Shown piece after piece: positions 18,457 to 28,077 of a stretch of DNA of 61,227 nucleotides (the stretch's first letter is position 1; each line of letters begins with the position of its first letter). The DNA is from Planctomycetota bacterium. GTDB taxonomy: Bacteria > Planctomycetota > Phycisphaerae > Phycisphaerales > Phycisphaeraceae. The DNA is taken from the NCBI GenBank assembly GCA_039188455.1, contig JBCCZA010000001.1:1-61227 (forward strand), read 5' to 3'. Position numbers and translations under genes: made by a program. Under the pieces are notes generated by a model. That model had not been told where the DNA came from. It worked only from the letters and a program-made list of their open reading frames with translations, and searched no databases.

Positions 18457-19582
18457 GGGCGACCTCCGGCTTGCTCGGCGTCGCCGCAGACTCGAACGCC
18501 GCGATCTGCGTCAGCGTCAGGTCGCGCATCGCGGCGGCGTCCGCCCCGCGGTCGTGCTCGCGGTACCAGGTCACGAGCCACTCAAGCGTCTGACGCAGCG
18601 GTAATCGCGGCCGCCATCCGAGGCGGGCCTTGGCCTTGGAGATGTCTAGCTTGAGCGTCCGCGCCTCGTGCGGGCCGGCGTCGGCCGCCAGGTGCCACGC
18701 CGCGGTATCGCCCCACAACGCGACCATAGTCTCGACAATCTTGCCAACCGGTGTCGCGTCCGCTTCCTCGGGACCGAAGTTCCAGCCGTCCGCGAACGGC
18801 CCACCCTCGTTCCACAGCCGCTCGGCCAGCACGAGATAACCGCCGACAGGCTCGAGCACATGCTGCCACGGCCGGATGGCGCGTGGCGAGCGGATCTCCA
18901 CCGATTCGGCACGCGTGAACGACCGAACGATATCGGGGATCAGCCGGTCTTCCGCCCAGTCACCGCCGCCGATCACGTTGCCCGCTCGCGCCGACGCCAC
19001 CGCCGGGCGCCCGCTCGCGCCGCCGAACAGATCGTACGACCGACGGAACGCGGCAATCGCCAGCTCGCAGCAGCCCTTGCTCGACGAGTACGGGTCGTAC
19101 CCGCCCATCGCCTCGTCCTCGCGGTAGCCCCAGTCCCACTCGCGGTTCTCGTAGCACTTATCCGTTGTGATCATCACGGCCGACTTGACCGACGGTGAGC
19201 GCCGGATCGCCTCGAGCACGTGCACCGTGCCCATCACGTTCGCTGCGTAGGTCGCGATCGGCTCGGCGTAGCTCAGCCGGACCAGCGGCTGAGCCGCCAT
19301 GTGCAGCACCACTTCGGGCGCGACACGATCGATCGCCGCGAGCGTTCGCTCGGCGTCGGCGATGTCCACCCACGTCTCGCTGGCCATCTCTTTCGCTAAG
19401 GCCGTCGCGTGGTACAGGCTCGGATCGGTCCACACCGCGTCGCTCAGCCCGTGCACCTCGGCGCCAAGGCGCCGCAGCCACCAACACATCCAGCCGCCCT
19501 TGAAGCCGCTGTGGCCCGTCACCAACACCCGCTTGCCCGCCCAGAACTCGGGCGTTGGCGTGGCGGCCGGCTGAGCCTCCAT
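18446..19582 (-). CDS. rfbG: CDP-glucose 4,6-dehydratase
   Basis: FWAGKRVLVTGHSGFKGGWMCWWLRRLGAEVHGLS, TTDKCYEN, YSSSKGCCE match the RfbG signature. Start set to ATG 19582, 8 nt after the rfbF stop; the longest ORF reaches 19627. Confidence 0.85.
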   Translation of the reverse strand: MEAQPAATPTPEFWAGKRVLVTGHSGFKGGWMCWWLRRLGAEVHGLSDAVWTDPSLYHATALAKEMASETWVDIADAERTLAAIDRVAPEVVLHMAAQPLVRLSYAEPIATYAANVMGTVHVLEAIRRSPSVKSAVMITTDKCYENREWDWGYREDEAMGGYDPYSSSKGCCELAIAAFRRSYDLFGGASGRPAVASARAGNVIGGGDWAEDRLIPDIVRSFTRAESVEIRSPRAIRPWQHVLEPVGGYLVLAERLWNEGGPFADGWNFGPEEADATPVGKIVETMVALWGDTAAWHLAADAGPHEARTLKLDISKAKARLGWRPRLPLRQTLEWLVTWYREHDRGADAAAMRDLTLTQIAAFESAATPSKPEVAHAH

Positions 19583-19590
19583 TATGTTGT

Positions 19591-20370
19591 TCACCAGGTC
19601 TTCCACGGTGCCTCTCCGTCGTTCCACAGCTGCTCGAGCAACTTCTTGTCCCGAAGCGTGTCCATCGGCTGCCAGAACCCATCGTGCCGATACCCGTTGA
19701 GCTGCCCGTCGTGAGCCAGTTTCCGCAGCGGCTCCTGTTCCCAGACCGCCCCCGCGTCGTCCCCGACGTACTCATCGACAACGCTGGGCTCGACCACGAA
19801 AAATCCGCCGTTGATGTACCCGCCGTCGCCACGCGGCTTCTCGCGGAAGCTGTCGATCTGGCCTTCGTCGCCCGAGAAGATTACGGCCCCGAATCGTCCC
19901 GGCGGGCGGACCGCCGTGAGCGTGCACAGCCGGCCGCTCTGCCTGTGAAACCGGATCAAGTCGGCGATGTCGACGTTGCTCACCCCGTCGCCGTAGGTCA
20001 GACAGAACGTTTCGTCGCCGATGTAGTCGCGGACACGCTTGATGCGAGCGCCCGTCATCGCGTCTTGCCCCGTGTCGATGAGCGTGACCTTCCACGGCTC
20101 GGCGTGCTGACGCTCGATGTGCATCTGGTTGGTCGCCATGTCGAACGTCACGTCGCTCGTCCGCGCGAAGTAGTTGGCGAAGTAGTCCTTGATGACGTCG
20201 CCCTTGTACCCGCAGCAAATCACGAACTCGTTGACGCCGTGCGAGGCGTAGATCTTCAGGATGTGCCAAAGGATCGGCTGCTCGCCGACCTCGACCATCG
20301 GCTTGGGCTTGATCTGTGTCTCTTCGGAAAGCCGGGTGCCGAAGCCGCCCGCCAGGATTACCGCTTTCAT
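19591..20370 (-). CDS. rfbF: glucose-1-phosphate cytidylyltransferase
   Basis: [57 protein letters not shown] is near-canonical RfbF. ATG 20370 is preceded by GAGGGAGAG. Confidence 0.9.
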   Translation of the reverse strand: MKAVILAGGFGTRLSEETQIKPKPMVEVGEQPILWHILKIYASHGVNEFVICCGYKGDVIKDYFANYFARTSDVTFDMATNQMHIERQHAEPWKVTLIDTGQDAMTGARIKRVRDYIGDETFCLTYGDGVSNVDIADLIRFHRQSGRLCTLTAVRPPGRFGAVIFSGDEGQIDSFREKPRGDGGYINGGFFVVEPSVVDEYVGDDAGAVWEQEPLRKLAHDGQLNGYRHDGFWQPMDTLRDKKLLEQLWNDGEAPWKTW

Positions 20371-20389
20371 CGTCTCGACTCTCCCTCGT

Positions 20390-21358
20390 TCAAGCGGCCG
20401 ACAGCTCGCCGGCTTGGTTAGGTTGCCACGCACCAGACTGTCTGGCGTCCAGCACCTCGGTCGCCTTGGCCTTGCCGGACAAGAGGCAGGCCCACTGGTA
20501 GCGGCGTAGGAAACGCCTGAACGCCGCGTCGCCGTACCTCGGCTTGCCTTTCAACCAGCTCGCGACGTATCCCCACATCATCGCCGCCGAGCCGATCACC
20601 GCCGGCTTGTAGCCCAGACGTAAGATCGCGCTCGCCGCCATATAGATCGGCCCCGTCCCCATGAAGTACTGCCCGAACCCGTGCCGCGCCCGGCCGGTGA
20701 GGATCCCCTTCTGGCTCGAGCCCATCGGTCGAAGGTGCAAGAAACGAAGCTCGGGCTCGTCCCACGAGCACGCCTTCCACCCCAGCATCCTGCAGCGGTG
20801 GCAGTCGATGCCGTCCCACATCACCTCGCGCACAAACCCGCCGATCTGCTCGAAGCAAGGCACGCGGTAGAACTTGATCATCCCCACGCACATCTCGTCC
20901 CCGCAGAGTTCGCTGATCAACTCGCCGTCCCAACCCTTGTCCGTGTTGCTCGGGCCCGGAAAGTACGGCTTACCGCTGCAGCAACCCAGCCGCGGGTCGG
21001 CGTTCATGCGCTGGATCAGTTTCTCGAAGTAGCCGGCGGGCAGGTCGAGGTCGAGGTCCAGCTTGACCGCGTAGTCAAAGTCACTCAGCTCGATCGTCGA
21101 GAGCCCGGCGTAGAACGTGTCGACGACGCCCGGCCCGACGGCCCGCTTGCCGCGCTGTTCGCGTGTCACGACCTCGATGTACGGGACGCGTTGCGCATAT
21201 TCGGCGAGGATCTCGCTGGTCCCGTCCGTCGATCCATCGTCGACGATGACCCACTTGGCCGGCGGGACCGTCTGGCCGATCACCGCGTCCAGCGTCCGCC
21301 GGGCGTATGCCGCCTCGTCGCGGCAGGGGGTCACGATCACGTAGCCTCGCCCGCTCAT
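20390..21358 (-). CDS. glycosyltransferase family 2
   Basis: [37 protein letters not shown] (DxD region). ATGA overlap with the upstream stop. Confidence 0.8.
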   Translation of the reverse strand: MSGRGYVIVTPCRDEAAYARRTLDAVIGQTVPPAKWVIVDDGSTDGTSEILAEYAQRVPYIEVVTREQRGKRAVGPGVVDTFYAGLSTIELSDFDYAVKLDLDLDLPAGYFEKLIQRMNADPRLGCCSGKPYFPGPSNTDKGWDGELISELCGDEMCVGMIKFYRVPCFEQIGGFVREVMWDGIDCHRCRMLGWKACSWDEPELRFLHLRPMGSSQKGILTGRARHGFGQYFMGTGPIYMAASAILRLGYKPAVIGSAAMMWGYVASWLKGKPRYGDAAFRRFLRRYQWACLLSGKAKATEVLDARQSGAWQPNQAGELSAA

Positions 21359-22437
21359 CCCGCCTCGTCCTCCTGGGTTACCTGGTCTTCCCGATCGGCC
21401 ACGCCGGCCTCGGCGTCGTTCGCCGTACGCCTATTCAGCCACCCGTTTACCCGGTCGGCAAGCCAATCCGTGTATTCGACACGCACGTCGTGCCGCACGT
21501 GGTGAAGATCGATAAACGACGCGGGGTCGGCGAACAGCTCGGCCGGGGGCAGCCATAGCTCGCCCCACTCACGGTACAACGCGGCGTACGCCGGCTCGCG
21601 ATCGGCGCTGCCGTACCCCGGCAGGTAGTAGAACACCACATCGGCCCCCGCGGCTCGGGCCTCGGACGCCATCGCGCGGACCGACTCGACCGAAAAGCGA
21701 TGCTCCACGTCCCCGATTACCCCGGGCAGCAATCGCTCGCCGACGCCGCGGAGATACGCGGCGGATTGATTGTCCAGGAAGTCGGCAGACAGCTCGGGGT
21801 AGGTGTCTCCGGCGCGGTGGTAGGGCGGGTGGGTGCCCCAGTAGTCGGCCGGGTCGAACGCGCGACTCACGCCCGCCGCTCCCGGCAACGCCGTCGACAG
21901 CGCGCCGGTCGGGCGGCGCCGGGCGAACTTGGCTGCGTCGCTGAGCAGATTGAAGTTCACCGCCAGCGGCTGGTCGACCATCTCGCCGGGCCCCGCCAGC
22001 TCGGCGAACATCGCGTGCCCGCGACGGTCCTCCGTCTCGTTCACCTCGATCAGAACCAGCCGTGGGTGCTTTCGCTCGATGGCGCGGTGCAGGAGGATGC
22101 GGTGCAGGTTGCGCCCGTACTGCGGCACCGCCAGGTTCGCCGCGACGACCGGCTTGTCGCGGGTGCTCACCGCGTCACTCAGCAGTCCCGAGTCGACCGC
22201 GTCCATCGAACGCGACGAGCCCAGCACGACCACGTCGACCGGCTCGGGGTCAAAGTGCAGTCGCTCGTATACCCAGCGCGCCTTGACGAAGTCGCCGCCG
22301 AGTTGCTGGAACCGCACGTACGCGTCGTCCGGCAACGCCACGAGCACACCCGCCCAGAGTATGGCGAACGCGAACAGCGCCCACGGGTAGACCCCGTAGC
22401 GGGTGTCGAGCTCGCGCTGGGTCGTGGGGGTGGCCAT
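21355..22437 (-). CDS. membrane-anchored hypothetical protein, possible SGNH/DltD/AlgX-like partner of the adjacent MBOAT
   Basis: N-terminal TM (WALFAFAILWAGVLVAL), VVVLGSSRSMD (GSS block in place of GDS), C-terminal FIDLHHVRHD (DxxH-like). Lies immediately downstream of an MBOAT gene, as in alginate and teichoic-acid acylation systems. Family assignment is tentative. Confidence 0.45.
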   Translation of the reverse strand: MATPTTQRELDTRYGVYPWALFAFAILWAGVLVALPDDAYVRFQQLGGDFVKARWVYERLHFDPEPVDVVVLGSSRSMDAVDSGLLSDAVSTRDKPVVAANLAVPQYGRNLHRILLHRAIERKHPRLVLIEVNETEDRRGHAMFAELAGPGEMVDQPLAVNFNLLSDAAKFARRRPTGALSTALPGAAGVSRAFDPADYWGTHPPYHRAGDTYPELSADFLDNQSAAYLRGVGERLLPGVIGDVEHRFSVESVRAMASEARAAGADVVFYYLPGYGSADREPAYAALYREWGELWLPPAELFADPASFIDLHHVRHDVRVEYTDWLADRVNGWLNRRTANDAEAGVADREDQVTQEDEAG

Positions 22438-22458
22438 GGTGGGTGCGTGCGCGAGTCC

Positions 22459-23982
22459 TTAGAACTGGAAGTAGATAAACACGGCCGGGCGGGCCAACTG
22501 AGTGAACGCCAGCGCGAACATCGCGCCGACGACGCAGGCCATCGGCAGCGAGGCACGCCACGCAGGCAGGCCGACGAGCCCGCCGGTGGCGACTGTCGCG
22601 CCGCCCTCGTCGGCTCGCCCGACGCCGCCTGGCCGTTGCGACGGATCGGGCGAGTAGCCCACCCACTGCTGCGTGTTGGGCATCACCCACACGACAAATG
22701 CGCCGATCGCCAGCCAAGCCAGCGGCCACCACGCGGCGGGCACCGCGCCTAGGCCCGCCTCGGTCACGCCCACGGTCCCGGCGAGCACCGACATCGCGCC
22801 CTCCAGCGTCACCGCCCGGAAGAACACCCACGCCACCATCACCGCCAAGAACGTGACCGCCACGCCGGCGATCCGGCCGGCGCCCAGGCCCGCCGTCGAT
22901 TTTCGGTCTGCGCCCAACCATTTGCTGAACGCGTGGTGGATCGTCAGGTACACGCCGTGCAGCCCGCCCCAGATCACGAAGTTCCACCCCGCTCCGTGCC
23001 ACAGCCCGCCGATCAGCATCGTCATCAGCAGGTTCAGCGACCGCCTCGCCTCGCCACGACGGTTGCCGCCGAGCGGGATATACAAGTAGTCACGCAGAAA
23101 CACGCTTAGCGTAATGTGCCAGCGACGCCAGAAGTCCGAGATGTTCGACGCCTTGTAAGGCGAGTTGAAGTTGAGCGGCAGTCGCACGCCAAACAGCAAC
23201 GCCAGCCCGATCGCCATGTCCGAGTAACCGCTGAAGTCGAAGTAGATCTGGAAGCTGTAACTCAGCAACCCCAACCACGCGTCGAAGGTCGTGATCGCCG
23301 CGCCCCCGTCGGCCGCGTCGAACACGCGCGAGGCGGTCGGCTCGAGATTGTCCGCCAGCATCACCTTCTTGAAGAGTCCCACGGCGAAGATCGTCAGCCC
23401 CACGCTCACGTTCTCGCGGAACCGCCTGCTGAGAAACTGTCCCTCGAACTGCGGCATCACCTGCTTGTGGTGCACGATCGGTCCGGCGATCAGCTGTGGG
23501 AAGAACGTGACAAAAAGCATGTAATCCACGAGCGACGACTTGCCAAGCCTGCCGGACTCGATGTCCGCCAGGTAGGCGATCTGCTGGAACGTAAAGAAGC
23601 TGATCGCCAGCGGCAGGAGGATTGGATCGTTGGCGATATCCAGGCCGGTGTAACGCGTGACTTCCTCGATGAAGAAGTTGGCGTACTTGAAATAGAACAG
23701 CAGCCCGAGATTGCCCACGACGCCAAACAGCATCAGCCATCGTCGCGTCGATGCGCGATCATCCCCCGCTGCGATCATCAGCCTGCCAAGCGTGTAGTTA
23801 AAGGCGATCGAGCCCCAGAGAATCAGCAGGAAGGACGGCTTCCAAGCGGCGTAGAACGTGAACGATGAGGCGATGAGCCACAGCTTGGCGGCGGTGACCA
23901 ACTCGTACCGCTTGAATGCGTAATAGCCCGCCACCACGATGGGCAGGAAGACGCAGATCATCGTGTACGAGTTGAAGAGCAC
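22459..23982 (-). CDS. MBOAT family membrane O-acyltransferase (AlgI/DltB-like)
   Basis: (V)LFNSYTMICVFLPIVV start (GTG 23982), multi-TM, FWRRWHITLSVFLRDYLYIPLGGNR with the conserved MBOAT His. Confidence 0.85.
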   Translation of the reverse strand: MLFNSYTMICVFLPIVVAGYYAFKRYELVTAAKLWLIASSFTFYAAWKPSFLLILWGSIAFNYTLGRLMIAAGDDRASTRRWLMLFGVVGNLGLLFYFKYANFFIEEVTRYTGLDIANDPILLPLAISFFTFQQIAYLADIESGRLGKSSLVDYMLFVTFFPQLIAGPIVHHKQVMPQFEGQFLSRRFRENVSVGLTIFAVGLFKKVMLADNLEPTASRVFDAADGGAAITTFDAWLGLLSYSFQIYFDFSGYSDMAIGLALLFGVRLPLNFNSPYKASNISDFWRRWHITLSVFLRDYLYIPLGGNRRGEARRSLNLLMTMLIGGLWHGAGWNFVIWGGLHGVYLTIHHAFSKWLGADRKSTAGLGAGRIAGVAVTFLAVMVAWVFFRAVTLEGAMSVLAGTVGVTEAGLGAVPAAWWPLAWLAIGAFVVWVMPNTQQWVGYSPDPSQRPGGVGRADEGGATVATGGLVGLPAWRASLPMACVVGAMFALAFTQLARPAVFIYFQF

Positions 23983-23985
23983 GGC

Positions 23986-26355
23986 TTAGGTCGTGGTGGC
24001 CAAGGCGGGTTTGGGGATCGCCTGGCGTTGCGAGGCGTCGTGAGCGCTGGTGGATTGGGCGATATCCGTTATCACGGCCTGTGAAGGAGGATCGACGATC
24101 GGCCGACCGAGCGCGCGTTCCAGCGCGACGATCAGACGGTCGAGGTTGACGCCGTCGGTGAACTCGGTCGCGACGCGTTCCCGCCCGGCGGCGGCTAGGC
24201 AGGCTCGCGTGTCGGGGTCATCGAGCAAGTCCTTCACGGCGTCCGCGACGGCGTCGTCGCTGCCGGGGGCAACGAGGCGGCCGGTCTGGCCGTCGGCGAT
24301 CAACTCGCGGATAGTCGGCAGGTCGCCCGAAACGACGGCCACGCCGGCGGCCATCGCCTCCATGAGCGCCACCGGGATGCCGTCGCGATCGCCGTCTGCC
24401 GCCGGCTGGCAGGGCAGGACGAAGACGTCCGCCTCGGCGAGCAACGCTGGGACGTCGGCGTGTTGCAGGGCGCCGCGGAAGTCGATCGCCGAAACGACGC
24501 CGAGTCGATCGGCCTGCTCGCGCAAAGCCGCGAGTTGCGGGCCGTCGCCGCCGATCACGAGGCGTGTGTCGGCGTGACGTCGACGGATCTCGGGCAGGGC
24601 CGCGACGAGCGTGTCGATGCCCTTCTTGGGCACGAGCCGGGCTACGGTCGCCAGCCTGGGCGGGCCGACATGAGGCGCCGGCGTGGCCGGTGACAGGGCG
24701 ACGCCGCAGCGGACAATCGGGTATTCGGCATCGTCACGCTTGAAAAGGGCTTGGTAGTGGGCGCGATGCCACTCGCTGATGCAGGCGACGAACGCGGCTC
24801 GGCGGAGCTTGGTCGGCAGCAGGTGGGCGTCACGGAAGAGGTCCGCTGCGTGCCCGGTGAAGCTAAACGGAACGCCCGTCGCGGCCGCGGCGTACATCGC
24901 GATCGACGCCGGCGCGTGGGCGAAGTGCGCGTGCAGGTGATCGACGCCGATGCGCCGCAGCCGACGCGCCAACGCCACGCCGGCCACCGACTGGACGAGC
25001 GCCTTGCCACGCCCGCCGATCGACTCGCCCGACGCGAGCGCATCGGTCCAGCCCATCGCCAGCGCCCGCCAGGCGCCGAGCGACGTTGCCAGCCCGAGCC
25101 CCGCATCGATGATGAGCCTTGGCCAACCGCGTGCGTAGACGGTCACAGCTTCGGCCGCGATCGCGTCGATCGAATCATCGCCGAGCGCCTGCTCGGGCGC
25201 ATACAGGCTGACGGGCAGCACGCTCGCGCCCCGCCCGCGAAGCCCGAGCAATTCGCGATAGACGAACGTCTCCGAACGTTTCGGCAGCACCGACGCGACG
25301 TACGCGACGGTCGGCCCTTGCCGTGCCGTGCGCTCGGCGGCCTTGTATTCGATCAACCTCACCGGCCCACGCCGGCCGCGGCGTCGCAGGTAGGTCAGCA
25401 CGCCCGCGGCGTTGGCCCACTTGCCCGCCACGCACGTCAGCCCGTACGCCAGCGCCAGCCCAAACGGCACATCGCCGCGCCGCCGTCGGCTCCAAGCGAC
25501 CTTCAGCACCATCGCCGCCGGCATCAGCGCCACCACCGCCACGCCCATCCACGCCCACGACCAGACGAACGCCGCGACCGCGATCGCCGCTGCCAGCGTG
25601 ATAGTCCAGCCCACCGTCCAAACGGCGATCGACTTGACCGGCCCGACGTTGTGCCGAGCCGACGACCGCCCGTGCAGCATCGCGCCCTCGGCATAGGCAT
25701 GCCCGGCTCGGACCGACCGCTTCCACCACTGTCCCCATCGCGTGAGGTCCGCGTCGTGCAGCGTCATCTCGCGATCGATCCGACGCAGTCGCCAGCCGGC
25801 CTGTCGAAGGCGGACGCACATCTCGGGCTCTTCACCGGCGATCATCGTGTCGCGAAAACCGCCAACACCCTCGAACGCCGACCGTCTCACCGTCGCGTCG
25901 CCATGACAGGCCTTCACCTCGCCGACCGGCGTATCCCATTCCAGGTCGATCAGCGCGTTGTATGTGCTTGCCTCAGGGCTTCGCTCGCGACGCCGGCCGG
26001 AGACCACGGCGATGTCAGGCTCGGTGTCTAGGGTCTCGAGCGCCGCACCAATATAACCCGGGCGCAGCTCACAGTCGCCGTCGATGAACTGCACAAACTC
26101 GACGTCGGGAGCGATGTCGAACAGCCGGCGTGCCCCCGCGTTGCGTGCCCGCGCTGCGGTGAAGCCCGCGCTCGTGTCGAGGTCGACGACGTCGGCACCG
26201 ATTGAGTGTGCGAAGGCGACGCTGTCGTCGGTCGAACCCGAGTCGACGTACACGACCGGGCAACGTCCGCAGTCGATCGCGCGCAGTGCGCGTTGGAGGC
26301 GCTTGCCCTCGTTGCGACCGATGAGGACGTAGCCAACGCGTGATTCAGGCCGCAT
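23986..26355 (-). CDS. bifunctional glycosyltransferase: N-terminal GT2 + TM segment + C-terminal GT4 (WcaL-like)
   Basis: Res 1-230: VVYVDSGSTDDS, FIDGDCEL (DxD). Res ~245-330: 3-4 hydrophobic helices. Res ~345-760: GT-B fold with GHAADLF and VFVLPCQPAADGDRDGIPVALMEAMAAGVAVVSGD (ExxxxxxE region). Confidence 0.75.
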   Translation of the reverse strand: MRPESRVGYVLIGRNEGKRLQRALRAIDCGRCPVVYVDSGSTDDSVAFAHSIGADVVDLDTSAGFTAARARNAGARRLFDIAPDVEFVQFIDGDCELRPGYIGAALETLDTEPDIAVVSGRRRERSPEASTYNALIDLEWDTPVGEVKACHGDATVRRSAFEGVGGFRDTMIAGEEPEMCVRLRQAGWRLRRIDREMTLHDADLTRWGQWWKRSVRAGHAYAEGAMLHGRSSARHNVGPVKSIAVWTVGWTITLAAAIAVAAFVWSWAWMGVAVVALMPAAMVLKVAWSRRRRGDVPFGLALAYGLTCVAGKWANAAGVLTYLRRRGRRGPVRLIEYKAAERTARQGPTVAYVASVLPKRSETFVYRELLGLRGRGASVLPVSLYAPEQALGDDSIDAIAAEAVTVYARGWPRLIIDAGLGLATSLGAWRALAMGWTDALASGESIGGRGKALVQSVAGVALARRLRRIGVDHLHAHFAHAPASIAMYAAAATGVPFSFTGHAADLFRDAHLLPTKLRRAAFVACISEWHRAHYQALFKRDDAEYPIVRCGVALSPATPAPHVGPPRLATVARLVPKKGIDTLVAALPEIRRRHADTRLVIGGDGPQLAALREQADRLGVVSAIDFRGALQHADVPALLAEADVFVLPCQPAADGDRDGIPVALMEAMAAGVAVVSGDLPTIRELIADGQTGRLVAPGSDDAVADAVKDLLDDPDTRACLAAAGRERVATEFTDGVNLDRLIVALERALGRPIVDPPSQAVITDIAQSTSAHDASQRQAIPKPALATTT

Positions 26356-26914
26356 CGCTCGTCCCCTCTCCGTCGTCGGCGAGCCGTGGGCCGTCGGACG
26401 GCGCGGGCGTTTCTTCGGGCCTGATGACTCGAGCGGGGATCCCGACGGCGATCGCGCCGGCGGGCACGTCCCGCACGACCACCGCGTTGGCCCCGATGAC
26501 CGCGCCGTCGCCGATCGTGATCGGCCCGAGCACCTTGGCGCCCGCGCCCAGTTCCACGCCGTCGCCGATGATCGGCAGGCGCGGGTCGTCGTGTCGCTTC
26601 ATCCCGATCGTGACCTGATGCTGGATCAAGAGGTTGACACCGACGACGGCTCTGGGGTGGATGACGATCCCGTTGGCGTGAGGCATCGCGACGCCACCGC
26701 CGAGCTGCGCGTTGAGCGGGATATCGCAGCCGGTGACGACCGACCAGAACCGATGCCGCGCGGCTGCGAGCCGCTTGCCGATTGCTCCGCCGCGCTGGTA
26801 TGCGCGGATCGACGCGAGGAGCGCCTGACCCGGCTGCCACCAGCGCTCGCGGCGTTCGCGCGACCAATCCGCCGCGATGCCGGGCGTCTCGACTCGGGGC
26901 GCCGCGGCGCTCAC
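26345..26914 (-). CDS. hexapeptide-repeat (LbH) O-acetyltransferase, serine-acetyltransferase/WcaB-like
   Basis: Left-handed beta-helix repeats IHPRAVVGVNLLIQHQVTIG, IIGDGVELGAGAKVLGPITIGDGAVIGANAVVVRDVP. GTG 26914 in a GTGA overlap with the upstream stop. Confidence 0.8.
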   Translation of the reverse strand: MSAAAPRVETPGIAADWSRERRERWWQPGQALLASIRAYQRGGAIGKRLAAARHRFWSVVTGCDIPLNAQLGGGVAMPHANGIVIHPRAVVGVNLLIQHQVTIGMKRHDDPRLPIIGDGVELGAGAKVLGPITIGDGAVIGANAVVVRDVPAGAIAVGIPARVIRPEETPAPSDGPRLADDGEGTSDAA

Positions 26915-28077
26915 GCGGCGATGACCTCTTCCAGGAACGCCTCGTACTGCGCGGCCACGGCTGTCCAGCCGTAACGCCGGTGGGCGAGGCGGTGCAAGGC
27001 GTCGGCGTCGGTCGGCGCACCGCCGTCCAGCACGGAGCGCAGGGCTTCGGCCGTCGCGTCGAGGTCGGTGGTATCGACCAGCCGCGCGGCTTCGCCAAAG
27101 ATCCAGCGTGTCGACGCCCAGTCGTGCGTCACCACAGGCAGACCCGTCGCCATCGCCTCGATGTAGATGTTCCCAAACGGCTCGTCCATGCTCATGTGCA
27201 GCAACGCGTCGGCGGACCGATACGCCATTGGCATCTGATCCGGCTTGAGCGTCTGTCGGCGGAAGCGATCGCCCAGCACACGCTGGCCGGCCTGTTCGAC
27301 CTCAGCCTTGAGCGGGCCGTCGCCAAGCACGACCATGTCGACGCCGGCGAGCTTGCCGACGACCTGAATCGCTTCAACGACGCGCTTGCTGGGGATGAGC
27401 GCGGCGCAGACGAGCACGATCGATCGGTCGGTCGGCCAGCCGAGCGCCGCGCGGTCTCCGGGACCGAGTGTGAAGCGTGCGGTGTCGACGCCGTTGGGGA
27501 TCAGGGTTGAGCGATACGTCTGGCGGTGGGCGTCGTGGTAGAGCTGATTGGTGCAGACCAGGCCGTCGCAGTTGAAGAAGCGATACTCGCGGCCGCGACG
27601 CTGGCAGGGCCAGTCGCCGTTCTGCGTGACGAAGACGTGGGGCAGGCCGCGACGGGTGCGCAGGGCCCAGTTGGTCCACGGATAGCAGCACGTGACCGAG
27701 ACGTCGAAGTCGCCACGCCACACCTCGCGCAGCAGTCCTGGCGTGAACGTGAACTCCTCGTAGACATACTCGGAACGCATCGGCGGCAGGCTGGGCCAGC
27801 GGCGGAACCGCGCGCGATCGACTACGCCCACCCTGCGGACCGCCGCTCCGGGCACAGCCGACTCGGCGCCCGAGCCGATGAGAGTCACCTCGTGGCCGCG
27901 GCGGATGAGCTCGCCGGCGAGCGACTCCATCGCCAGCTCAGCCCCACGGCGGACGCGGTTCAACCCCGGCAGGGCGATGCACACGCGACGGGGCGTGGCC
28001 GCGGTTTCGGTAGGCGCGGGCGAGGCCGCCTTCGGCTCCGTCGACGCACTATCACTCGGGGCGATCGCCGTCGTCAC
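26911..28077 (-). CDS. glycosyltransferase family 4 (GT-B)
   Basis: LLHMSMDEPFGNIYIEAMATGLPVVTHD (EX7E). Start set to GTG 28077 (V69 of the track ORF), which forms a GTGA overlap with the stop of 28074..29045. The upstream 68 codons are Arg/Ala-rich and lie inside the neighbouring gene. Confidence 0.75.
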   Translation of the reverse strand: MTTAIAPSDSASTEPKAASPAPTETAATPRRVCIALPGLNRVRRGAELAMESLAGELIRRGHEVTLIGSGAESAVPGAAVRRVGVVDRARFRRWPSLPPMRSEYVYEEFTFTPGLLREVWRGDFDVSVTCCYPWTNWALRTRRGLPHVFVTQNGDWPCQRRGREYRFFNCDGLVCTNQLYHDAHRQTYRSTLIPNGVDTARFTLGPGDRAALGWPTDRSIVLVCAALIPSKRVVEAIQVVGKLAGVDMVVLGDGPLKAEVEQAGQRVLGDRFRRQTLKPDQMPMAYRSADALLHMSMDEPFGNIYIEAMATGLPVVTHDWASTRWIFGEAARLVDTTDLDATAEALRSVLDGGAPTDADALHRLAHRRYGWTAVAAQYEAFLEEVIAA

